Assembly: GCA_002431635.1 (NCBI GenBank)
Contig: DJGH01000008.1
Coordinates: 28,069 to 92,068 of the forward strand
Length of the DNA: 64,000 nucleotides
Direction of reading: 5' to 3'
DNA from: Petrotoga sp. UBA5851
Lineage (GTDB): Bacteria > Thermotogota > Thermotogae > Petrotogales > Petrotogaceae
The position numbers were made by a program, and so were the translations under genes. The notes below the pieces were generated by a model that ran no database searches, was not told where the DNA came from, and saw only the letters and a list, made by a program, of their open reading frames with translations. Shown piece after piece: positions 18,781 to 25,980 of this stretch. Each line of letters starts with the position of its first letter. The stretch's first letter is position 1.

Positions 18781-19950
18781 TTATCCTCCTTTTGAAAAAA
18801 CTACTTTTCCGTTTTTTATAACTGTCTGAACAGAGCTTACGCCTATATGGTAAGCAAGGAACTTATATGAAGGAGAATCAAGAATAAGAATATCTCCTTC
18901 TTTGCCTATATCAATAGAGCCGATGTTTTTCTCGCGTCCCACAGCAGCAGCGCCGTTTATGGTAAGGGCAATGATAATCTCTTCTATGGACATCTTCATA
19001 TGTATGGCAGCCAAAGAGATAAGCAACGGTATAGACTCGCTGAAACAGGAGCCGGGATTCATATCTGTTGCAAGAGCAACCGCACAGTCTCTTTCAATCA
19101 TAAGTCTTGCATCCGCATACTCTTCATTAAGACTGAAGGCAGTAAGGGGAAGCAGTGTTGCCACTACATTGTTTTGAGACATAAGAGTTATATCCTGCAA
19201 ACTTGCTTTAAGAAGATGATCTGCAGAGGTTGCTCCGACTCTTGCAGCCATTGCTGCTCCGCCAAAGGGGACTATTTCGTCTGCATGTGCTTTGATTCCC
19301 ATTCCAAGTTTTTTTGCGCTGTTGAGAAGTTTTTCTGACTGTTCTATGCTGAAGACATTTTTTTCACAGAAAACATCACAGAACTCTGCCAGTTTATCTT
19401 CTTTTACTTTGGGCAGAACGTCGGATATGATAAAGTCTATATATCTGTCCGGATCCTTTTCATACTCAGGTGCAACTGCATGTGCACCCATATAAGTACT
19501 AACTATGTCGACAGGCTGGGCAGTGTTTAGTTCTTTCATTACACGCAGCTGTTTCAACTCTGTTTCCAGATCAAGACCATATCCGCTTTTTCCCTCAACG
19601 GTAGTTACTCCGAAGGAAAGCATTGAGGCCAGTCTCTTTTTTCCGGTGGAGGCCAGCTCTTCATGTGTTGCTTTACGCGTGGCTTTTACAGAGTTTATGA
19701 TACCTCCGCCTCTTTGCATAATCTCCATGTACGGTACTCCCTGCAGACGGTCCATAAACTCATCCTGTCTGTATCCGCCGAATATAAAGTGTGTGTGTGA
19801 GTCAACAAAGCCCGGAAGCACAGAGCAGCCGTGAGCATCAATAACTTTTATCTGCGTATCAAGCTGATCTGTTTCAACTTTCCCTATAAAAGATATTTTG
19901 CCGTTTTTTATAAGAATATCTGCTCCTTCGATCCTGCCTATATCTCTCAT
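18781..19950 (-). CDS. hutI: imidazolonepropionase (ATG-bounded ORF; the true start is probably upstream, near 20034)
   Basis: Amidohydrolase blocks are present (DSHTHFIFGG, KSGYGL, HADE, DMNPGS). The same frame stays open upstream and encodes a conserved-looking HutI N-terminus with no ATG, GTG or TTG (see findings). Confidence 0.9.
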   Translation of the reverse strand: MRDIGRIEGADILIKNGKISFIGKVETDQLDTQIKVIDAHGCSVLPGFVDSHTHFIFGGYRQDEFMDRLQGVPYMEIMQRGGGIINSVKATRKATHEELASTGKKRLASMLSFGVTTVEGKSGYGLDLETELKQLRVMKELNTAQPVDIVSTYMGAHAVAPEYEKDPDRYIDFIISDVLPKVKEDKLAEFCDVFCEKNVFSIEQSEKLLNSAKKLGMGIKAHADEIVPFGGAAMAARVGATSADHLLKASLQDITLMSQNNVVATLLPLTAFSLNEEYADARLMIERDCAVALATDMNPGSCFSESIPLLISLAAIHMKMSIEEIIIALTINGAAAVGREKNIGSIDIGKEGDILILDSPSYKFLAYHIGVSSVQTVIKNGKVVFSKGG

Positions 19951-20042
19951 CTGTACGCCTTTTTTGGCTGAAAAGCCTGAACAGGTAAGTATCTCAGAAG
20001 CGTTTTTTATGAGGAGGCTTTCACGGAAATTGATAGTACCAC

Positions 20043-20945
20043 CTACTCCCAGATTCGTGTTTCGAGGATCTGATTATTTGAAAAATCCTCAAGTCCCAGA
20101 TAGTACTCCGCTGTATCGATGAGAGCCTGCATAGGCACGAGTCCTACGATCTCACTTCCTACAGGAACCACACCGAAACGTTGAGCTTCTATTTTTACAA
20201 GTTCATATGCCCTGTAAAGGGATGTTTTGGTATAGTCTGTCATATTTATGGAGATCTGCACAATATTTCTTTCCTTAAGATCTATTCCGAGAGCTTTCAC
20301 ATAACGCAGACCGCCGTTTATGTACCTTATATTTTTGGCTATCTTTGTTGCTATATCAAGATTGTTGGTATTAAGATTAATATTAAAAGCCACAAGCGGC
20401 ATTCTTGCACCAACTACGGTTGCTCCTGCCTTGGGGTGGTTTACTGCCGGACCAAAGTCCGGTTTCCATTCCGGTCGCTTGATTTTTTCAAACATGCCTT
20501 CGTACTCGCCTTTTCTTATATCAGCAAGATTAGCTCTCTGTGGTGAAGAAGCCGATTTTTCGTAAAGAAAGGTCGGTATGCCGTATTTTTCAGATATGGC
20601 ACCTGCAACTTTCACTGAAAGATCTACACACTCTTTCATATCTGTATTTCTTATAGGTATAAAAGGAATGACGTCTGTTGCTCCCATCCTAGGATGTTCT
20701 CCCTTATGTTTTGAAAGGTCTATAAGTTCTGCCGCCACACCTACCGATTTAATAACTGCCTGCATTAAAGGTTCCGGCTCTCCTATAAGGGTCACGACGG
20801 TTCTGTTGTGATCTTTATTGCTGCTGTAGTCAAGAAGCTTAACTCCTTCTTTTCCTCTGAAACAGTCAAGGATCATCTCTACTTTTTCAAGGTCTTTTCC
20901 TTCGCTGTAGTTGGGAACACACTGAATGATCTTGCCAAAAGACAT
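20043..20945 (-). CDS. ftcD: glutamate formimidoyltransferase
   Basis: N-terminus MSFGKIIQCVPNYSEGKD and later blocks HPRMGATDV and NINL. GGAGG SD precedes the ATG at 20945, while the ORF track opens at 20984. Confidence 0.85.
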   Translation of the reverse strand: MSFGKIIQCVPNYSEGKDLEKVEMILDCFRGKEGVKLLDYSSNKDHNRTVVTLIGEPEPLMQAVIKSVGVAAELIDLSKHKGEHPRMGATDVIPFIPIRNTDMKECVDLSVKVAGAISEKYGIPTFLYEKSASSPQRANLADIRKGEYEGMFEKIKRPEWKPDFGPAVNHPKAGATVVGARMPLVAFNINLNTNNLDIATKIAKNIRYINGGLRYVKALGIDLKERNIVQISINMTDYTKTSLYRAYELVKIEAQRFGVVPVGSEIVGLVPMQALIDTAEYYLGLEDFSNNQILETRIWE

Positions 20946-20993
20946 CTCAAATACCTCCTGTTTGCATGCTGAAATAAATTTCATACCATACTT

Positions 20994-21002
20994 ATTATAT
21001 CA
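20994..21002 (-). promoter_or_regulatory. extended -10 promoter element (TGATATAAT) upstream of ftcD
   Basis: The minus strand reads CCTGATATAATAAG about 50 nt upstream of the ftcD start. Confidence 0.35.
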
Positions 21003-21062
21003 GGAAGAAAGCTAAAAAAAAAGAATAGCTTGTAACCGAAAAATTCAGAATAGGCCGGCAAA

Positions 21063-21701
21063 TTACCTGCGCAGCCTTTTTGACAGCAATGTTCCTGCAA
21101 ACTGAACCAGTTGTGTGATAATAACAAGTATTGAGACCGTATACAGAAGTATATCCGCTCTGAAGCGCTGATAACCGTAGTTTATGGCCATTGCACCAAG
21201 TCCTCCGGCTCCGACAGCACCGGCTATGGCTGTGTAGGTTATAAGGTTGATTATAAGGATAGTGGTATTTGAAATAATCTCAGGCAAACTCTCTGGAATG
21301 AGCACTTTGGATATTAGCTGCCATGTGGTCATACCCATTGAACTTGCCGTATCAAGCATTTCGTGAGAAAGACTGTTGAATGAGTTCTCACAGAGCCTTG
21401 CCATAAAAGGAATAGCTGCAATGGAAAGAGAAACTATGGCAGAGTTGGCGCCAATAATAGTTCCTGCAATAAGCTTGGTCAGTGGAATAAGGAGTATTAT
21501 AAGGATTATAAAAGGTATGGAACGGAAAATATTGATAATAAAATCAAAGAAAGTATAAATAATCTTACTGGCATGATCTTTCTTTTTTGAAAGCAGATAC
21601 AGCAAAATTCCCAGCGGAAGTCCGGCCATAAAAGCAATAAGGGTGGAGAAAAAGGTCATATAAAGTGTTTCTATGGTTGCTTTTAAGAGTTCTTCAATCA
21701 T
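21063..21701 (-). CDS. metI: methionine ABC transporter permease
   Basis: 212 aa with 5 TM segments and a MetI-type permease look. It overlaps metN by 4 nt. Confidence 0.85.
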   Translation of the reverse strand: MIEELLKATIETLYMTFFSTLIAFMAGLPLGILLYLLSKKKDHASKIIYTFFDFIINIFRSIPFIILIILLIPLTKLIAGTIIGANSAIVSLSIAAIPFMARLCENSFNSLSHEMLDTASSMGMTTWQLISKVLIPESLPEIISNTTILIINLITYTAIAGAVGAGGLGAMAINYGYQRFRADILLYTVSILVIITQLVQFAGTLLSKRLRR

Positions 21702-22699
21702 TTTCCGCCTCCGGTAAGCTCTTCGCAGAAGTATACATTTTTTTTCAGCTCATTTAAAAAATCAGAGTAGTTAGGATTTTCAGAGATTTCAAGTATAAGG
21801 GTGCCATAGGGGTTGTTTTTGAGATGTTCTATCTTTCCATAAAGGATATTAGAAGTGACAGAGTACTTTAAAGATAACGTGCTTATTACCGGACAGTGGG
21901 TAGAACTTCCCCAGAACACAATACGTAGCAGATGACTCTCTTTTTTTTCAAGCTTTTGATTTATAAGCTCTTTATCAATATTTATCTCTTCATAAAAATC
22001 TTCAAGAATCTGACTGTCTTTTTCTATAAAAAGTCTGTGAGTCTGTCCAAGAAACTTTATGGTTCCGTCTTTCAGGTAAAGAACCCTATCACAGATCCTT
22101 TTAATAACTTCCATCTCATGAGTAACCACAATGGTTGTTATTCCCAACTCCTTATTTACATAAAGAACAAGATCAAGTATTTTTTCGGTAGTTTTAGGAT
22201 CAAGAGCAGATGTGGGTTCATCCAAAAGAAGGATTTTCGGATTAGGTACCACAGCTCTTGCAATAGCGGTACGCTGTTTTTCTCCGCCTGAGAGCTGCGA
22301 TATGTAAGCATCTTTTCTGTGCGAAAGTCCTACTTTTTCCAAAACATTCAGTACCGTAGGCTCAATAAACTTTTGATGCTCAAGTTCAAGAGCCAGGGCT
22401 ATATTTTCAAATACTGTTCTGGAGTTAAGAAGGTTGTAGTTCTGAAAAACAACGCTGATCTGTTTTCGTACCTGCCTGAGCTCTTTTTTTTTGAGATCTG
22501 TAATCAGAATGTTGTCAAGAAAAATTTTTCCGCTGGAGGGTCTCTGTAAAAGATTAAATGTTTTGAGCAGAGAGGACTTTCCAGCTCCGGAAAGTCCTAT
22601 TATTCCTAGTATCTCTTCTTTTTGTGTTTCAAAGCTTATATTTTTCAGCACATGATTGTTTTTCTGATAGAATAAGTTTACATCTTCAAGTCTTAACAT
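21698..22699 (-). CDS. metN: methionine ABC transporter ATP-binding protein
   Basis: Walker A GLSGAGKSS, signature LSGGEKQR and Walker B LLLDEPTSALD, plus a C-terminal NIL-like domain. Confidence 0.9.
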   Translation of the reverse strand: MLRLEDVNLFYQKNNHVLKNISFETQKEEILGIIGLSGAGKSSLLKTFNLLQRPSSGKIFLDNILITDLKKKELRQVRKQISVVFQNYNLLNSRTVFENIALALELEHQKFIEPTVLNVLEKVGLSHRKDAYISQLSGGEKQRTAIARAVVPNPKILLLDEPTSALDPKTTEKILDLVLYVNKELGITTIVVTHEMEVIKRICDRVLYLKDGTIKFLGQTHRLFIEKDSQILEDFYEEINIDKELINQKLEKKESHLLRIVFWGSSTHCPVISTLSLKYSVTSNILYGKIEHLKNNPYGTLILEISENPNYSDFLNELKKNVYFCEELTGGGK

Positions 22700-22707
22700 G
22701 AACTCTC

Positions 22708-23526
22708 CTAAAAGACCGGAACTACGGCTCCGTTGTATTTTGAATTAATAAAGCTTTTAATTTTTTCAGACTGTAAAAGAGAGATGAGTGATTTTAAAAG
22801 CTTTGAATCAATATATTTCTCTTTAACCGCAATTATGTTGGCATATGCAGAATCGCTTCCCTCAATGAAGGTGCTGTCCGAAATCGGATTTAGTCCGGCT
22901 TCAATGGCATAATTTGTGTTTATGACTGCTCCGGCAATCTTGCTATCTTCTTTAAAGGTTCTGGGAAGCAAAGGAGCCTCTAGTTCCAGGAAGTTTATTC
23001 CGTATTTATTCTCTGAGATGTCTTTTACAGTTGCAATAAGTTTGTTTTCGGATCTAAGGGTTATGATTCCGTTATTTTCAAGGAGCATCAAGGCTCTTCC
23101 CTCGTTTGTAGAATCATTTGGGAGAAGGACGGTATCTGATGGTGAAAGCTCGTTAAGTGGTTTTTTAAGATAAAGTCCCATAGGTTCAACATGAATTTTG
23201 GCAGCACTTATGAGATCCGTGTAACCGTTTTTGAGATTGAACGATTCAAGATAAGGTATGTGCTGGAAAAAATTAGCGTCGATATCTTCTTGTTCCAAAG
23301 CTATATTTGGTTGTACATAATCGGTAAAGATTATGATTTTGAGTTCATATCCGGTCTCTTTTCTGAAGTCATCCTTTACCTGTTCAAGGATCTCATTGTG
23401 CGGAACAGGGGATGCTCCTATCTTGAATACTTTTTCTTTTGATGGGTGAAGCGTTATAACAAGAACTACTGCAAGAACAATAAGCGCAACAAGCAGTGCA
23501 ACAAACAGACTTCTTTTTTTTAACAT
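22708..23526 (-). CDS. metQ: MetQ/NlpA family substrate-binding protein
   Basis: 272 aa NlpA-type binding protein. The N-terminal hydrophobic anchor has no lipobox Cys. AGGAGG SD lies upstream. Confidence 0.85.
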   Translation of the reverse strand: MLKKRSLFVALLVALIVLAVVLVITLHPSKEKVFKIGASPVPHNEILEQVKDDFRKETGYELKIIIFTDYVQPNIALEQEDIDANFFQHIPYLESFNLKNGYTDLISAAKIHVEPMGLYLKKPLNELSPSDTVLLPNDSTNEGRALMLLENNGIITLRSENKLIATVKDISENKYGINFLELEAPLLPRTFKEDSKIAGAVINTNYAIEAGLNPISDSTFIEGSDSAYANIIAVKEKYIDSKLLKSLISLLQSEKIKSFINSKYNGAVVPVF

Positions 23527-23565
23527 GGTACACCTCCTAAGTATTATGTAGTAATGATTTTTTAA

Positions 23566-23603
23566 ATAAAAAAATCGGCTACACCCTGTGAGTGCAACCG
23601 ATT
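23566..23603 (-). terminator. leader terminator T2
   Basis: The minus strand reads AATCGGTTGCAC ... GTGTAGCCGATT (12 bp including G-U pairs), followed by TTTTTTTATTT. Confidence 0.55.
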
Positions 23604-23628
23604 TTGATTATTGCCAATTTATGAGTGC

Positions 23629-23665
23629 AAAAAAAACTCATGGCAAAATAAAGTCGGTTGCCATG
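23629..23665 (-). terminator. leader terminator T1
   Basis: The minus strand reads CATGGCAA (11 nt loop) TTGCCATG, followed by AG and a run of eight T. Confidence 0.5.
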
Positions 23666-23740
23666 GCATGCACATATGAAGTTTTCCTTTTAAAGTACAG
23701 TTCATTATCTAACACCTCGGTATCGTATTTCTTTTTTCCA

Positions 23741-23769
23741 ATCATAACATATAAAGTAGTTAAAGTCAA
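23741..23769 (-). promoter_or_regulatory. sigma-70-type promoter for metQNI
   Basis: The minus strand has TTGACT (23769-23764), a 17 nt spacer and TATGAT (23746-23741). Confidence 0.45.
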
Positions 23770-23815
23770 TCTTAAATTAAAAAGAAAAAGTATAGTTCTA
23801 TGTTCAGAATTTGTA

Positions 23816-23824
23816 TGTTATAAT
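23816..23824 (+). promoter_or_regulatory. extended -10 promoter element (TGTTATAAT) upstream of the mscS-like gene
   Basis: A TGnTATAAT match lies 40 nt upstream of the ATG at 23864. Confidence 0.35.
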
Positions 23825-23863
23825 CATATATGAATATTTATAAAGTCAGGGAGGAATGATCGG

Positions 23864-25093
23864 ATGTTTGAATTTTTTAACGATTGGCTTGAAACCAATG
23901 GTGTAAAAGGACTGTTTTCGGATGTTCTGACCACCTTATTTATAATTGGTATAATTGCTTTAGTATCTTATCTTTCCTATAAGATATCCAAGGTTATTCT
24001 TCAGCGTACTATGAAGCATTTTGTTGAAAAAAGCAAGACCAGATGGGATGATGTACTGCTCAAACGCGGGTTTTTCGTTCGTCTTTCCATGTTTTTCCCG
24101 GCTTTTGTGATATACGGTTTTTCTTCGGCATTTGCTGATTATCAGGATATCATACAAAGGTGTGTTTTTTCTTATATGATCTTTGTTTCCCTGTTGACGC
24201 TCAATGCATTTTTGAATGCTTTTACCGATATGTATTCCTACCATGAAGTGTCACGTCAAAGACCCATAAAAGGATATGTTCAGGTTTTTAAAATATTTTT
24301 TGCCATAATTGCTGTCATAAGTATAGTGGGAACCCTTATAAATAAGCCTTTTGGTTACCTTATAGGTGGAATAGGTGCAATGACGGCCGTATTTTCTCTT
24401 GTGTTCAAAGATACAATTCTTGGTTTTGTAGCAAGCATACAGCTTTCAGCTAACGATATGGTTCGCATAGGCGATTGGATAGAGATGCCTAAATATGATG
24501 CAGATGGTGAAATTGTAGATATTTCACTGAATACGGTAAAGGTGCAGAACTGGGATAAAACAATAACGACTATTCCTCCGTATGCACTGATATCGGATTC
24601 ATTTAAAAACTGGAGGGGCATGCAGGCTTCGGGCGGCAGAAGAATAAAACGGTCCATCTTTATCGATATGAACAGTATTAAGTTTTGTGATGAGCAGATG
24701 ATAAAAAAATTTTCTGAAATAAGATATATATCTGAATACATAACCTCAAAGGTCAAAGAGATTGAGGAATATAATAGGCTTATGGGAGCAGACGACAGTA
24801 ATCCTGTGAATTCAAGACGGTTGACCAATGTAGGTACGTTCAGGATCTATATACTTGAGTATTTGAAAAGAAATCCGCGCCTTAGGAAAGATATGACGCT
24901 CATGGTAAGGCAGCTTGCCAATAACGAAAGAGGTCTTCCGCTTGAAATATATGCCTTTACAAATACAATAATATGGGTGGAGTATGAAGCCATACAATCT
25001 GATATTTTTGATCATATACTTGCTGTACTGCCGATATTTGAGCTTAAATTGTTTCAGAACCCTACTGGCAATGAATTTAAAATTATTCATTAA
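23864..25093 (+). CDS. mechanosensitive ion channel (MscS family)
   Basis: 409 aa with N-terminal TMs followed by an MscS beta-domain pattern (VRIGDWIEM...GEIVDISLNTVKVQNWDKTITTIP). Confidence 0.8.
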   Translation: MFEFFNDWLETNGVKGLFSDVLTTLFIIGIIALVSYLSYKISKVILQRTMKHFVEKSKTRWDDVLLKRGFFVRLSMFFPAFVIYGFSSAFADYQDIIQRCVFSYMIFVSLLTLNAFLNAFTDMYSYHEVSRQRPIKGYVQVFKIFFAIIAVISIVGTLINKPFGYLIGGIGAMTAVFSLVFKDTILGFVASIQLSANDMVRIGDWIEMPKYDADGEIVDISLNTVKVQNWDKTITTIPPYALISDSFKNWRGMQASGGRRIKRSIFIDMNSIKFCDEQMIKKFSEIRYISEYITSKVKEIEEYNRLMGADDSNPVNSRRLTNVGTFRIYILEYLKRNPRLRKDMTLMVRQLANNERGLPLEIYAFTNTIIWVEYEAIQSDIFDHILAVLPIFELKLFQNPTGNEFKIIH

Positions 25094-25100
25094 AAACAAA

Positions 25101-25124
25101 AAACGGACCTTCGGATCCGTTTTA
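25101..25124. terminator. bidirectional terminator between the mscS-like gene and aroH
   Basis: AAACGGA..TCCGTTT hairpin flanked by A-run and T-run. Confidence 0.55.
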
Positions 25125-25472
25125 TTTTAAATCAGGTCGTAGCATGCAGGCTCTATGGAGATATACAAAATTACTATCCGGAGATTCACACAGCAAGCTT
25201 ACGCGTATAATACCATTGATGGAGCCTTCAAACTGAGCTTCTTTAAGACACATCAGTGAAACATGGTCAAGTCCGAAGGCTTTGCGTGCAATAGATGCCG
25301 GGTTTATAAGGTTAATATCTTCTGTGACTGAAAAGGTTATGCTTATTATCCGTTCTACTTTATTCCGCCGGAAAAGTTCTTCCATCAGTTCCTTTGTGCG
25401 TTCAGATATCTCTTGTATAGAAAAATTTTCAACCGAAGTAGCTCCGCGTATATCAACAATCACCTTTTCCAC
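25122..25472 (-). CDS. aroH: chorismate mutase, AroH type
   Basis: IVDIRGATSVE at the N-terminus and its small size match the monofunctional AroH class. AGGTGGA SD favours the second GTG, at 25463, as the start. Confidence 0.75.
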   Translation of the reverse strand: MEKVIVDIRGATSVENFSIQEISERTKELMEELFRRNKVERIISITFSVTEDINLINPASIARKAFGLDHVSLMCLKEAQFEGSINGIIRVSLLCESPDSNFVYLHRACMLRPDLK

Positions 25473-25782
25473 CTGAGAGTAAAATTTTTTCTTTTATAAA
25501 GGTTAGGCAAGCTTTCATGCTTCCTTCAGAAACAGATTTCCATTTTGCATTAGAATAAGGTCTTTCCAGAGAACAATGATCAAGGGAACCGTCATAGATG
25601 CTTATCCTTGCATTTATTTCCTGCGAAAATGTCAGATAGACTCTTCCTGCCCTTATGGAAATATCTGTTATATTCTCTTCAAGCTTTAGTTCTGTACACA
25701 ATTGCTTAAGCTTGGTAAGCACATCTTTTTTTGCATATGCGTCAAGCTTGAAAGTCGGAGTTGTCCTTACTGATTTTTCCAT
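25453..25782 (-). CDS. hypothetical protein
   Basis: 109 aa with no recognisable motif. Its 3' end overlaps the aroH start. Confidence 0.45.
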   Translation of the reverse strand: MEKSVRTTPTFKLDAYAKKDVLTKLKQLCTELKLEENITDISIRAGRVYLTFSQEINARISIYDGSLDHCSLERPYSNAKWKSVSEGSMKACLTFIKEKILLSGGKGDC

Positions 25783-25901
25783 TTTCTTACCCCCAATAAA
25801 AAATGATCATACCGATTATACATCAAATTTATTAAATCCGCACTTCTTAAACTTTTATGATAAAATCTTTTTTTATAACAAAGAAGGAATAATTAAAATT
25901 A

Positions 25902-25910
25902 TGTTATAAT
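25902..25910 (+). promoter_or_regulatory. extended -10 promoter element (TGTTATAAT)
   Basis: A TGnTATAAT match lies about 70 nt upstream of the kinase gene. Confidence 0.3.
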
Positions 25911-25980
25911 ATAATTATTATTATCAACAGGGGGGAGAAGTATATTAAAAGCATTCTTAAAACAGAATGATTTATCAATA

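Larger units (their letters stand above)
23527..23734 (-). promoter_or_regulatory. structured 5' leader of metQNI (attenuator of unassigned class)
   Basis: An approximately 208 nt leader contains two hairpin plus T-tract terminators and mutually exclusive helices (see findings). Confidence 0.5.

Noticed and set aside
23527-23734. The possibility that the metQNI leader is a SAM-I (S-box) riboswitch or a Met T-box.
   Set aside because: Only a GGCAACC-like string is present. The S-box blocks GAGGGA, GGCCC and GTGCNAATTCC are absent. The T-box 14-mer GGGTGGTACCGCG is also absent; CAGGGTGTAGCCGA is at best a weak resemblance. The leader is kept as an unassigned attenuator pending a covariance-model search.
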